This document shows, one piece after another, positions 44,110 through 53,786 of a stretch of 64,000 nt of DNA (within the stretch, counting starts at the first letter, position 1; every line of letters begins with the position of its first letter). Position numbers and translations under genes: made by a program. The stretch lies in NCBI GenBank assembly GCA_965261795.1, contig OZ253476.1:2002099-2066098 (forward strand), read 5' to 3'. Origin of the DNA: Dehalococcoidia bacterium. GTDB taxonomy: Bacteria; Chloroflexota; Dehalococcoidia; Lucifugimonadales; UBA3495. Under the pieces are notes generated by a model that had not been told where the DNA came from, made no database searches, and saw only the letters and a list, made by a program, of their open reading frames with translations.

Positions 44110-45216
44110 TCAGGCGACCGTGGCCAAGGCCACCGCCTCTACGGCTTCCATGGTCGGTTCGATCTCTACTGTCTGGTTGACCACGCTCCTGACGGCCAAG
44201 TCAGTGTCTTTCAGACCGTTGCCGGTGAATATGCATACTACCCGCTGCCCCTCAAAGCTCAACCCCTGGCGGTGCATCTTGACTAAGCCGGCGAACGCGG
44301 CCGCCGACGCCGCTTCGCAGAAGATGCCCTCTTTGGAGGCCAACGCCCGGTAAGCGTCCAATATCTCATCGTCGCTTACCCAGTCTATTACCCCTCCGGA
44401 ACTGTCGCGGGCCTCTACCGCGCCCGCCCAACTGGCGGGGTTGCCAATGCGGATGGCGGAGGCGATGGTCTGGGGATTCTTAATTGGCTTTCCACGAACG
44501 ATGGGCGCTGCGCCCTCTGCTTGAAACCCCATCATCTTGGGCAGTTGCTTACTGCGTTCAGAGGCTTGGTACTCCTTGAAACCTTTCCAGTACGCAGTGA
44601 TGTTGCCGGCATTGCCCACAGGGATAAAAATGTAGTCGGGCGCCTCTCCCATGGAGTCCACAATTTCGAAAGCCGCAGTCTTCTGCCCTTCGAGGCGATG
44701 GGGGTTGACGGAGTTCACCAGGGTTACGTCATACTTGTAAGTAAAGTCTCGGGCCAGGGCGAGGGCGTCGTCGAAATTTCCGTTGACCATGAGAATCCTG
44801 GCGCCGTAGGCCATGGCTTGGGCCAGCTTCCCCATCGCCACTTCGCCCTTTGGGATTATGACAAAGACCGGCAGGTCGCAATGGGCGCTGTAAGCGGCGG
44901 CGGATGCGCTGGTGTTTCCGGTGGAGGCGCACATCACCGCCCGGCTCCCTTCTTCAAGGGCCTTGGCCATGGCCACCACCATCCCCCGGTCTTTGAAGGA
45001 ACCGGTGGGATTGCACCCCTCAAGCTTGAAATACAGTTCGTCGCAACCCAGTTCTTTGCCAAGGCGGCTGGACTTCACCAGCGGGGTGTTCCCCTCCCCC
45101 ATGGTGATGAGCGGCGTGGCGCCAGTTACGGGAAGGAACTCTTTGTAAGCCTCCAGGACTCCTACAGTCATCAGACCCGTTCCGTATCCCCGGCTATTAT
45201 TGCTGAGTCCCACCAC
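44110..45216 (-). CDS. thrC: threonine synthase
   Basis: FKLEGCNPTGSFKDRGM PLP-lysine motif. Start uncertain (GTG 45216/45213 or ATG 45171). Confidence 0.9.
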   Translation of the reverse strand: MVGLSNNSRGYGTGLMTVGVLEAYKEFLPVTGATPLITMGEGNTPLVKSSRLGKELGCDELYFKLEGCNPTGSFKDRGMVVAMAKALEEGSRAVMCASTGNTSASAAAYSAHCDLPVFVIIPKGEVAMGKLAQAMAYGARILMVNGNFDDALALARDFTYKYDVTLVNSVNPHRLEGQKTAAFEIVDSMGEAPDYIFIPVGNAGNITAYWKGFKEYQASERSKQLPKMMGFQAEGAAPIVRGKPIKNPQTIASAIRIGNPASWAGAVEARDSSGGVIDWVSDDEILDAYRALASKEGIFCEAASAAAFAGLVKMHRQGLSFEGQRVVCIFTGNGLKDTDLAVRSVVNQTVEIEPTMEAVEAVALATVA

Positions 45217-45272
45217 TACCTCGGATGTGGCGCGGGAGTTGCCGCGCCGGTTTAAACATCATTTCCCGGGCG

Positions 45273-46595
45273 CTATGCCTCGATCCTCAGAAGATTATTC
45301 ACCGCGTGTACGACCTCCAGGTCCACGACCTGCTTCAGCGAGTTCTGGACCGAGGCCTCCACTGCGGGATGGGTTGTAATCACGATGTCGGCCGTCTGGT
45401 TATCCGGGTTAGTGTCTTTTTGCAACACCGACGCGATGCTGATTTGTCCGTCCCCGAGGATGCGGGCTATCTGAGCCAGCACGCCGGGTTGGTCAGCTAA
45501 TGTGAGACGGAGGTAGTACCTGCACAGAAGTTGGTCGATGGAAGCAGGATTGGCGTCTCCGTTCGACCGTGGATTGCCCCGCGCCCAAGGTGTTGCCGGC
45601 ATAGGTCCTTTGGGATGCGACACCAGATTCCTCGCGAGTTCAATCATGTCCCCCACGACGGCGCTGGCGGTGGGTTCACGCCCCGCGCCCATGCCATGGA
45701 AGATGACGTTGCCGCACAAGCTGCCCTCCACCTCCACCGCATTGTACACCCCGTCAACCTTGGCAAGCATGTGGTCCAAGGGCACCAGTGCAGGGTGAAC
45801 CCTGGTTTGCACTGCGCCGTCGCACAGGCTGGCGATGGCCAAGGGCTTGATAGCGTACCCAAGTTCATGGGCATACCGGAAATCCTTGGCCTCCAGCGAT
45901 GAGATACCTTGCTTGAAAACGTCTTCCGGTTGGAAATGGCGATGGTAGGCCAGGGAGGCCAGGATGGCCAGTTTGTATCCGGCGTCGATGCCTTCTACGT
46001 CGTTGGTTGGGTCGGACTCGGCGAAGCCAAGGGCTTGCGCTTCGCTGAGGGCCTGCTGGAAGGAGGTGTGGTCTTGGGCCATGCGGGTCAAGATGTAGTT
46101 GGTGGTGCCGTTGATGATGCCGCGGACCGATTGGATGTCATTCGCCAGCAGTTGGTTCATCAAGCAGCCGACGATGGGTATACCACCGCCGACGCTGGCC
46201 TCGAACAATATATTTACCCCATGTTCCGCCGCCAGCGCGGTCAACTCCGGGCCAAACTTGGCAACGGCTTCCTTGTTGGCGGTGACCATGTGCTTTCCGG
46301 CAGCCAGCCCGTCTTTCAGGAACCGGGCGGCCGGCTCAGTTCCCCCGATTACCTCGGCGAGTATCTGTATCTCGGGGTCGTAGAGCAGGTCTTCCGGATT
46401 TGTGGTGAGCAATTCCGGCGGGACCGAGGTGTTCCGGGACTTGGCCAAGTCCCGCACTAAAACTCTTTTCAGGTTAATGGGCCGGCCGACTTTCCGGGCG
46501 ATATCGCCGGCCTGTTCCAGCAGAGTATTGGCGACTCCCCCGCCGACAACTCCCAAGCCCATTAAGCCAACGTTGATTTCCCCCGACTGCTCCAC
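45273..46595 (-). CDS. hom: homoserine dehydrogenase with C-terminal ACT domain
   Basis: INVGLMGLGVVGGGV Rossmann N-terminus. C-terminal ACT (YYLRLTLADQPGVLAQIARILG). GTG 46595 preferred; the longest ORF start at 46628 overlaps the upstream gene. Confidence 0.9.
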   Translation of the reverse strand: MEQSGEINVGLMGLGVVGGGVANTLLEQAGDIARKVGRPINLKRVLVRDLAKSRNTSVPPELLTTNPEDLLYDPEIQILAEVIGGTEPAARFLKDGLAAGKHMVTANKEAVAKFGPELTALAAEHGVNILFEASVGGGIPIVGCLMNQLLANDIQSVRGIINGTTNYILTRMAQDHTSFQQALSEAQALGFAESDPTNDVEGIDAGYKLAILASLAYHRHFQPEDVFKQGISSLEAKDFRYAHELGYAIKPLAIASLCDGAVQTRVHPALVPLDHMLAKVDGVYNAVEVEGSLCGNVIFHGMGAGREPTASAVVGDMIELARNLVSHPKGPMPATPWARGNPRSNGDANPASIDQLLCRYYLRLTLADQPGVLAQIARILGDGQISIASVLQKDTNPDNQTADIVITTHPAVEASVQNSLKQVVDLEVVHAVNNLLRIEA

Positions 46596-46602
46596 TGGGC
46601 AT

Positions 46603-47775
46603 TTACCTCTGTCCCAGCGGGTTTCCACCCTGGGCCGGTGGACCGGTCCTGGGGGCGCTCAGCTTGACTTGGTCGGCAACCCAAGCGTAGTACCTGCTGT
46701 TGAAGTTCATCTTCAGCCACCCTTCATCAGAGCCGCGCAATTGTTGGTCGTTCTGCCACTGCATAACCAACTCGTTATTGAGCTTGCTTCTCATGCGGTC
46801 GGAAATTTCCTGTTTCGCCGGGCCGCTCAGTTTCTCCACAATGTAAATGCCTGACTGGGTAAACAAGGGATCGCTGATCTCGTCTTCCTGCAGGGCTTCT
46901 TTTCCCGTCTCTTCGTTGCCGAAGAGTACGTCGTCCAACTCCGGGAACGCTCCCCTGGGCACCCATCCTACGTATCCGCTGGGACCGGCGTAGATGGCGG
47001 ACTGGCCGCTGATCTCGGATGCGACCTTGGCGAATGCTTCGCTATCCAAGCGGTGGCGCACCGCGGTGGAGTCCACGTTGTCTTGCGGCTGCATACGAAT
47101 CCATTGGACCTCGACATGCTCCTGGGAGTCTTCAATGGTACTGCCCAGCAGGGCGTGGAGATGGACCAAAGCAAGGCGTTCCTTCATTATTTCCCGGAAA
47201 TCGCTGTCCTGAAGTCCGGTCCGCGCCAGGAAAATCTGGTAGTTATTCCGGTACTCTTCGTCCAACTGGCCTGGGTCGGCCGTCTGTCCTTCGGGTGTAG
47301 AGGGATAGAACTGATTTTTAATGGCTTCCTCGACGTCCTCGTCGATGATGTTGATGCCCAACCCGGGCGACGCTCTTCGGAGCACTTGGGCGCTCAGCAT
47401 GTCCCTCAGGTATTCAAATGGTACGGTGCTCAAGTCCACTTGGCCGCTCAGACCTTGCAGCACGCGTATACGCTCCACAAGGTCACCCATGGTGAACTCC
47501 ACCTCACCCACGCTGCCGGCCCAAACTCTGGGCGGTTTGTAGAACTCCTCATAGAAGCCGAACGCCACTATGCCGAAAATGACCAGCATCAAAAAACTGC
47601 CTACGGCAACGGCGATCTTTTGATGACGCCTTTCGCGGCTGAGCCGGGAAGGTTCAGCGCGGGCTTCGTCGCGGCGATTCCGGCGCGTTTTGCTGCGGCG
47701 TCGCCCTTCAACAGGAGCTACGTCGGTTGCGGCGTTGCCGCTACGGTTCCAAGGAAAAACCATTCTGGTCCTCAT
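46603..47775 (-). CDS. membrane-anchored parvulin-type peptidyl-prolyl isomerase (PrsA/SurA-like)
   Basis: TM IAVAVGSFLMLVIFGIVAFGF. PPIC-type block GPSGYVGWVPRGAFPELDDVLFG...ISDPLFTQSGIYIVEKL. Confidence 0.7.
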   Translation of the reverse strand: MRTRMVFPWNRSGNAATDVAPVEGRRRSKTRRNRRDEARAEPSRLSRERRHQKIAVAVGSFLMLVIFGIVAFGFYEEFYKPPRVWAGSVGEVEFTMGDLVERIRVLQGLSGQVDLSTVPFEYLRDMLSAQVLRRASPGLGINIIDEDVEEAIKNQFYPSTPEGQTADPGQLDEEYRNNYQIFLARTGLQDSDFREIMKERLALVHLHALLGSTIEDSQEHVEVQWIRMQPQDNVDSTAVRHRLDSEAFAKVASEISGQSAIYAGPSGYVGWVPRGAFPELDDVLFGNEETGKEALQEDEISDPLFTQSGIYIVEKLSGPAKQEISDRMRSKLNNELVMQWQNDQQLRGSDEGWLKMNFNSRYYAWVADQVKLSAPRTGPPAQGGNPLGQR

Positions 47776-47872
47776 GGGGAGACGGCGTCCACTGACGCCG
47801 AGAGGATGTTGGAGCCGGTCTTGTTCCGGCTAGGCGGTATTTGATGACAGTCTTTCCAGGTACGCCGCCAGC

Positions 47873-48199
47873 CTAACGGCGAAACCCGCCGATGGCGGGA
47901 ACGTAAGGCACAAACGGGACCAACGCGATGTGCCGGGCGCGTTGTATGGCCAACCGGAGGGCCCGCTGGTGTTTGGCGCAGACCCCGGACCGGCGGCGCG
48001 GCTCGATCTTGGCGCGGTCCGAAATAAACCGCCGGATTCGGTCCACGTCTTTGTAGTCGATGTTCTTCACATGGTCGACGCAGAAGGTGCAGACCTTCCG
48101 TCTTGGCGCATACCTGCCGCGGGGGCGTCCTCCTGGACGGCCTCCGCCTCCGGGCCTGGGGCCCGTTCTACCGGCCGGTGGACGTGGCGCTGAGGTCAT
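47873..48199 (-). CDS. rpsR: 30S ribosomal protein S18 with Arg/Gly/Pro-rich N-terminal extension
   Basis: [60 protein letters not shown]. Confidence 0.9.
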   Translation of the reverse strand: MTSAPRPPAGRTGPRPGGGGRPGGRPRGRYAPRRKVCTFCVDHVKNIDYKDVDRIRRFISDRAKIEPRRRSGVCAKHQRALRLAIQRARHIALVPFVPYVPAIGGFRR

Positions 48200-48230
48200 A
48201 CTATTCCGTTCCTCTTGTCAAACTTTGTTG

Positions 48231-48659
48231 CTAGAAGGGCAGGTCGTCGACATCATCGTAGGGATCATTGCCGCCCGCCATGCCAGAGCTTGAGCCGGAG
48301 GGGCTATTGGATCCCCCACCTTCGCCCATATTGTCGCCGCGTCTACCCAAGAACTGTACGTCAGTGAGATTGATGTCATTGGAGAAACGGGTCTCGCCGT
48401 CGCGTGTTTGATACGTGCGAGAGCTTAGCCTCCCTTCTACATACACTTGTTGGCCCTTGGTGAGGTATTGGTTGCACGTTTCCGACAAACGGCCCCACGC
48501 GCTGACATTGAACCATTCCGTCTCTTCGCGCTGCTCACCGGCGGCAGTGGTGTATCGCCGAGTGGAGGCTACTCTGAAGGAGGTTACGCTCCGACCGTTA
48601 GATGTGTACCGCATCTCAGGGTCCCCGCCAAGGTTGCCGATGACAATGATCTTGTTCAA
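48231..48659 (-). CDS. ssb: single-stranded DNA-binding protein
   Basis: TTG start. NKIIVIGNLGGDPEMRYTSNGRSVTSFRVA... and the acidic tail DDVDDLPF. Confidence 0.93.
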   Translation of the reverse strand: MNKIIVIGNLGGDPEMRYTSNGRSVTSFRVASTRRYTTAAGEQREETEWFNVSAWGRLSETCNQYLTKGQQVYVEGRLSSRTYQTRDGETRFSNDINLTDVQFLGRRGDNMGEGGGSNSPSGSSSGMAGGNDPYDDVDDLPF

Positions 48660-48671
48660 CTCCGCACCCCC

Positions 48672-49451
48672 CTAAGCCTGGGCCTGTTCCTGATCTAGGC
48701 TTTCTACTGATTCGGGCGTTTCGTCGGCAGCTTCTTCCACTGCGGCTTCCGCCGGGGCGGATGCTTCGGCTACCGGTTCCTCATTCGCTGTGGATGCTTC
48801 GGCTGCCGGTTCGGCAGCAACGGCGTCCTCCGCCTCCACTGCGTCCTCCGCCGGGGCGGATGCTTCGGCTACCGGTTCCTCATTCGCTGTGGATGCTTCG
48901 GCTGCCGGTTCGGCAGCAACGGCGTCCTCCGGCTCCACTGCGGCTTCCGCCGGGGCGGGTGCTTCGGCTACCGGTTCCTCATTCGCTGTGGATGCTTCCG
49001 CTGCCGGTTCAGCAGCAGCGGCGTCCTCCACTGCCTCCGCTACTGCGGCGGGAACTTCAGCATCGGCATCAGTAGTTACGACGGCCGCCTCGTCAGTGGG
49101 TTCCTCCGTGGCCGCTTGTTCGACTACGGGCGGTGGTTCGGGAGTTGGCTGGGGTGGGCCGGTTACCACCAAAAGAGATCGGAGCACCTGCTCGTCCAAC
49201 CGGAGGAAGGTCTCCAACTCACGATTGAACGGGGACTCGGTGCTGAACCGCGTCAGGTGGTAGGTCCCTTCCAGAAAGTGGTGCGGCCCTTTGCGGATGG
49301 AGTAGGCCAGCCGCCGCGTGCCCCAATTCTCCTCGTGGAATATGTCTGAATCCCGGTTGTTGATGAAGCCCTTGATTCTTCCCCAAGCGTCGGCGGACTG
49401 CTCTTGGTTCAGCATAGGGCTTAAAATTACTACGAGTTCGTAATGGCGCAA
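48672..49451 (-). CDS. rpsF: 30S ribosomal protein S6 with ~160-aa repetitive acidic C-terminal extension
   Basis: TTG start. RHYELVVILSPMLNQEQ...WGTRRLAYSIRKGPHHFLEGTYHL core, then an A/E/P-rich tail containing three 33-aa repeats. Confidence 0.85.
   Translation of the reverse strand: MRHYELVVILSPMLNQEQSADAWGRIKGFINNRDSDIFHEENWGTRRLAYSIRKGPHHFLEGTYHLTRFSTESPFNRELETFLRLDEQVLRSLLVVTGPPQPTPEPPPVVEQAATEEPTDEAAVVTTDADAEVPAAVAEAVEDAAAAEPAAEASTANEEPVAEAPAPAEAAVEPEDAVAAEPAAEASTANEEPVAEASAPAEDAVEAEDAVAAEPAAEASTANEEPVAEASAPAEAAVEEAADETPESVESLDQEQAQA
48737..49033. repeat. 99-bp tandem repeat x3 inside the rpsF tail
   Basis: Units start at 48737, 48836 and 48935 (CCACTGCGGCTTCCGCCGGGGCGGATGCTTCGGCTACCGG...), with a few mismatches. 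They encode AAEPAAEASTANEEPVAEA(P/S)APAE(A/D)AVE(P/A)EDAV. Confidence 0.9.
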
Positions 49452-49507
49452 AGAAAACTCCTAGGCGATTTTGCGACTGTTATGAGGCTGCTTATACGAA
49501 TTGTAAA

Positions 49508-49536
49508 ATTATAGCACTGCCCCTAGACAGGCTCAA
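49508..49536 (-). promoter_or_regulatory. candidate promoter TTGAGC-N17-TATAAT for rpsF-ssb-rpsR
   Basis: Minus-strand -35 at 49536-49531 and consensus -10 at 49513-49508. Directly after the glyA stop. Confidence 0.45.
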
Positions 49537-50781
49537 CTAAAAATCCAGCCCCGGCACCGGGAATCTGCCGGTAAGCTCTTTCACTTCCTCGCCTACCTGC
49601 CGGTGCACCGATTCGTCTTGCATGTTGGTCAGGGTCTTGATGATAAGGCGGGCCACTTCCTTGACCGCCGCCTCATCGAAGCCGCGGGAGGTGATTGCCG
49701 GGGTGCCCAAGCGCAGTCCGCTGGCAACCCTGGGCGGCTTGGTGTCGAAGGGGATGGCGTTTTTGTTTGCGATGATGCCCACTTTCTCCAACGCCGTCTC
49801 CGATTCCTGCCCAGTGATTCCCAATGGCGTAAGGTCCACCAGCATCAGGTGGTTGTCGGTCCCGTTGGACACGAGGCGGAAGCCTGCCTCCGACATCTCG
49901 GAGGCCAGGGTGCGGGCGTTAGCGACGATTTGTGACGCGTACTTGGAGAAGTCAGGACTCAGCGCCTCGCCGAAGCACACGGCTTTGGCCGCGATGACGT
50001 GCATGAAGGGGCCGCCCTGGGTGTAAGGGAACACGGCGAAGTCGACCTTTCGCGCCAGTTCGGTAGTGGACAATATGAAGCCGCCCCGCGGTCCGCGGAG
50101 ACTCTTTTGCGTAGTCGAGGTAACCAATTGGGCGTGGGGCAGGGGCGACGGGTGGGCGCCGCCGGCAACCAACCCGGCGATGTGCGCCATGTCCACCAAC
50201 AGCAGAGCGTCCACTTCGTCGGCGATGGCGCGGAAGCGGGGAAAGTCCAGGACCCGGGGATATGCGCTGCAACCGGCGACTATGAGCTTGGGCCGGTGCT
50301 CCCGGGCCAGCCGCGCCACTTCGTCGTAGTCGATGGTCTCAGTTTCCCGGTCCACTCCATAGGGCACAAATTCATAAAGCTTGCCTGAAAAGTTGACCGA
50401 AGCGCCGTGGGTCAGATGCCCGCCGTGGTCCAACTGCATCCCCATCACTTTGTCGCCCGGTTCCAGCACAGCGAAGTAGGCGCACATGTTGGCCTGTGCG
50501 CCGCTGTGGGGCTGGACGTTAACGTGCTCGGCTCCGAACAGTTCTCCGGCGCGTTGAATCGCCAGCCTTTCCACTACGTCCACGTGTTCGCAGCCGCCGT
50601 AATAACGCCGCCCAGGGTAGCCTTCGGCGTACTTGTTGTTCATTACGCTGGACTGAGTCTCTAACACCGCTTGGCTGGCGTAGTTTTCGGCCGCGATCAA
50701 TACGATGCTCTCGCGCTGGCGCTGGTCTTCCAGTTGCAGAGCTCTCGCAATTTCCGGGTCCTGTTCCGCTAATCGGGACAT
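49537..50781 (-). CDS. glyA: serine hydroxymethyltransferase
   Basis: [20 protein letters not shown] and the PLP-lysine region [14 protein letters not shown]. Confidence 0.97.
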   Translation of the reverse strand: MSRLAEQDPEIARALQLEDQRQRESIVLIAAENYASQAVLETQSSVMNNKYAEGYPGRRYYGGCEHVDVVERLAIQRAGELFGAEHVNVQPHSGAQANMCAYFAVLEPGDKVMGMQLDHGGHLTHGASVNFSGKLYEFVPYGVDRETETIDYDEVARLAREHRPKLIVAGCSAYPRVLDFPRFRAIADEVDALLLVDMAHIAGLVAGGAHPSPLPHAQLVTSTTQKSLRGPRGGFILSTTELARKVDFAVFPYTQGGPFMHVIAAKAVCFGEALSPDFSKYASQIVANARTLASEMSEAGFRLVSNGTDNHLMLVDLTPLGITGQESETALEKVGIIANKNAIPFDTKPPRVASGLRLGTPAITSRGFDEAAVKEVARLIIKTLTNMQDESVHRQVGEEVKELTGRFPVPGLDF

Positions 50782-50821
50782 TCAGGCTCCTCTAGTTGTG
50801 TCAACGACATGGGCGTCTAAG

Positions 50822-51079
50822 TCAGCCTGACGCGCGGGCAAATAAAGATTCTCTCAGTCCGTCAAGCACACCCTCAAGCCTGGCTACGCGCTGCTCAAGC
50901 CCCGCCATACGAGCGTCTAACCGCTCGAACCGTGCATTAACCTGCTCGAACCGTGCATCAACCTGCTCGAACCGTGCATCAACCTGCTCAAACCGCTTCA
51001 GCATGATCTGGAGTATCGTCATCCCCAAGCCGACGACGGCAACACCAACCGCGACGATGGCTATAAACTCAGGTGTCAT
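50822..51079 (-). CDS. small N-terminally anchored coiled-coil protein with ARFEQVD repeats
   Basis: MTPEFIAIVAVGVAVVGLGMTIL TM, then KRFEQVDARFEQVDARFEQVNARFERLDARMAGLEQRVARLEGVL. 21-bp DNA repeats at about 50920-51000. Confidence 0.5.
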   Translation of the reverse strand: MTPEFIAIVAVGVAVVGLGMTILQIMLKRFEQVDARFEQVDARFEQVNARFERLDARMAGLEQRVARLEGVLDGLRESLFARASG

Positions 51080-51287
51080 GAAACGACTACTCCTTTCGGT
51101 AACAAATCCATCATACCACAAGGGTTGCCGATTCCCTGCTTCGGAGAAAGCCGGAGTCCAAGAGCGCTGTAAGCGAGTTGCGTTTCCGTGAGAATTGCGC
51201 CCTGCCGCTTGCTCGTGTAAAGATATTACCTGAGGATAGATATATAGTTTCCCGAGAAACGTGCGAGACATTGCCCAGGAGGGTGGA

Positions 51288-51872
51288 ATGACTTCCAATG
51301 GTGAATCCATGACCACGCAGGAGTTCATAGATGTCCTGCTAAGCCCGGACCGTATCCAAGCCTCGGACCCGCTGGTCATCTTGAGCTTCGTTCCCATAAA
51401 CGCTTACGAAACGGTGGCGGATATCGGGTGTGGTCCCGGCTATTTCACCGTTCCCTTGGCCAAATCGCTGATCAACGGGAAATTGTACGCACTTGATGTA
51501 AACGACGAGATGGTCGCCGCTTGCCAGGAGAGGGTGCGCCAAGCCCGCATGGGAAACGTGGAAGTCCAAAAGTGCGGCGACTTCGACTTTCCAATAGAGC
51601 CGGCCTCACTGGACGGCGCGTTTCTGGCTTTCGTGGTGCATCACAGCGAGGACAAGGGCAGGTTCCTCAATGCGGTGCGCGGTCTGATGCAGCCGAAGGG
51701 TTGGTGTTCGATTCTGGAATGGTTCCGGAAGGACACCGGGTCGGGACCGCCTTTAGAGCGGCGTATAGACCCCGGCGAATTGGAAGAGATGGCCCGCGCC
51801 GCCGGGTTCCGCACAATGGGTTGGCGGTCCCTGAACGACGAACACTACATGATGACGCTGCGCAATCCCTGA
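51288..51872 (+). CDS. class I SAM-dependent methyltransferase
   Basis: VADIGCGPGYFTVPLAKS, LYALDVNDEMVAACQERV. AGGAGG 5 nt upstream of ATG 51288. Confidence 0.75.
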   Translation: MTSNGESMTTQEFIDVLLSPDRIQASDPLVILSFVPINAYETVADIGCGPGYFTVPLAKSLINGKLYALDVNDEMVAACQERVRQARMGNVEVQKCGDFDFPIEPASLDGAFLAFVVHHSEDKGRFLNAVRGLMQPKGWCSILEWFRKDTGSGPPLERRIDPGELEEMARAAGFRTMGWRSLNDEHYMMTLRNP

Positions 51873-51917
51873 TTTCTCCGGCCCGGCATTGCCGGGCCGG
51901 AAGCGGGGTTGGCGCCG

Positions 51918-53786
51918 CTAGGGTGTGGGCACCACCGGCAACATAACGTGCGACGGGCGGCCCGTGTCGTGGAACACCGTGTTTTCAGCCGTCAGCTTTA
52001 TGGGCGATGTCGCCGGGTTCTCCCCGGTGTTGCCGTTCACGTCGAACCTTGGGAAGTTGCTGGAAGATACGTCCAAGCGTATGCGATGGCCTTTGACGAA
52101 GAGGTTGCTGGTGGGGTAAAGCTGGATGGTAATGGGGTAGACTCGTCCCGGCTCCAATAGCTCCGGGGATTCCCATGACGAGTGGAACTTGGCGCGGAAT
52201 ATCCCGTCAGTCAGGTTCAGAGCATACCCTTCCGGGTAGTCGGCGGACGGAGGATATACGTCAATCAACTTGGCGGTGAAATCGGTGTCCACTGCCGACG
52301 ATGCGGTCCATAAGTTGACGGTGATGGGGCCGGTAGCCTCCAAGTCCTCATGTAGAGGGCCTGTCTGAAACACCAACACGTCGGGTCGGGTCGCCAAGGG
52401 CAAGTAGGGGGACCGGCAGCCGTAGAAACTTGGCGATTCCCGCTGGTCAAACCCTCCGGCCTCCATTATCGGCAGCCCTGAGGAAATGTTCCCGCCGATG
52501 GTGGGAACGGGCCGGTCCGGGTCGAACAAGTAGCGGGACGGCGGGTTGTCCGCTTGGGGTGGCGCGGTCGAAAGCCGTCCGTCCGATTGCAGGTAGTACG
52601 GGGTCTCTTTGGCCCTGGCCAGCGGCCACTCGTTTTCCTTCCGCCATTTCCCGCCGTGGTCGAGCCGCTTTTGAGCATTGCGCCGACCTGAACCGCCGCC
52701 CATTACAAAGATAGTTACCGGCGGCTCGCTGTCCAGCCCGTTGTCCACGTCCTTCAACCACCGGTCGAAAAAACGCAGCCTTAAATGGTTGAAGTCCTGG
52801 GAGAGGTTGTTGTCCACTGTGGCTTGGTCTCCCAAGTCAGCGTCCCCGGCGTAGGTGACCGAGCGGGCGCCGTGAGTCCAAGGCCCCATAATCAGGCTCA
52901 CCGGCCCGGCTTTCCCTTGGGACAGAGCTGTGTAGTTGTCGGTGGTCGTTCGCGCGTAAGAGTCGTACCAACTGCCCATGTGCACTTGGGGCACGTCGGA
53001 AAACCGGGGATAGTAGGCTTCCGCGCAAAGCCCCAATTGCTGCCAATACTCACCGAAACACTCTTGGGTCCATATCTCCATCAGGTAGTTCTCGTAGTCG
53101 GGCGTCCACCTCAGGGGAGAGTGTCCGGCCTTCCAAGGCATGCGCCGGAACCAATCGCGGAGGTCCTGGTTTTCCAACGCCAAGCCGGTAACCATTGGGT
53201 CGGCCTGCGCTTCCGGACTCTGTATCGCTTGGTTGAAGGCCCACGTGACCTGCCGCAACTCGAACGCCCCGTTGTTCCGGCAGCCGCTGAGGAAGGCATT
53301 GGAAAAGCCCCCTGAGTCCAGCCACATGCAGGCCAGGTGGGGCGGGTCCAGGCTGGCCAGCGCCGCTTGCGTGTGGGCGGCGTAGGACAAGCCATAGGTG
53401 CCCACCTTGCCGCCAAACCAGGGTTGACGGCCGATCCATTCCAGGGTGTCGTATCCGTCGCTGGCGTCGTCAACGTACTTGGAAAAACCGCCTTGGGAGG
53501 CGAAGCGGCCGCGGACGTCCTGTACAACAGTCACGTATCCGCGGCTGGTGAAAAAGGCGGCCTCTTCCACCGGCCCGTCCGACGTCTTGTTGTAGGGCGT
53601 TCGCTGCAACAGCACAGGGAAAGCGGCGTCGATTGGATTGAGGCCGTCCGCGGGGCGGTGGACGTCGGCAGATAGGACGATGCCGTCCCTCATAGGTATC
53701 GGAACGTCACGCTCTATGTATACTTGGTAAACGGCCCCCTCCGGCCGTTGCGTGCGCCCCATTGCGTGACCGCCTTCGCTTGTCAT
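51918..53786 (-). CDS. CocE/NonD family hydrolase (S15 X-Pro dipeptidyl-peptidase-like)
   Basis: VLLQRTPYNKT, GGKVGTYGLSYAAHTQ nucleophile region, and a C-terminal beta-sandwich. ATG 53786 overlaps the upstream TGA (ATGA). Confidence 0.85.
   Translation of the reverse strand: MTSEGGHAMGRTQRPEGAVYQVYIERDVPIPMRDGIVLSADVHRPADGLNPIDAAFPVLLQRTPYNKTSDGPVEEAAFFTSRGYVTVVQDVRGRFASQGGFSKYVDDASDGYDTLEWIGRQPWFGGKVGTYGLSYAAHTQAALASLDPPHLACMWLDSGGFSNAFLSGCRNNGAFELRQVTWAFNQAIQSPEAQADPMVTGLALENQDLRDWFRRMPWKAGHSPLRWTPDYENYLMEIWTQECFGEYWQQLGLCAEAYYPRFSDVPQVHMGSWYDSYARTTTDNYTALSQGKAGPVSLIMGPWTHGARSVTYAGDADLGDQATVDNNLSQDFNHLRLRFFDRWLKDVDNGLDSEPPVTIFVMGGGSGRRNAQKRLDHGGKWRKENEWPLARAKETPYYLQSDGRLSTAPPQADNPPSRYLFDPDRPVPTIGGNISSGLPIMEAGGFDQRESPSFYGCRSPYLPLATRPDVLVFQTGPLHEDLEATGPITVNLWTASSAVDTDFTAKLIDVYPPSADYPEGYALNLTDGIFRAKFHSSWESPELLEPGRVYPITIQLYPTSNLFVKGHRIRLDVSSSNFPRFDVNGNTGENPATSPIKLTAENTVFHDTGRPSHVMLPVVPTP

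Noticed and set aside
48761-49263. Plus-strand ORFs of 104 and 157 aa
   Set aside because: They lie in the antisense of the rpsF repeat tail and are open only because of the 99-bp periodic, GC-rich repeats.
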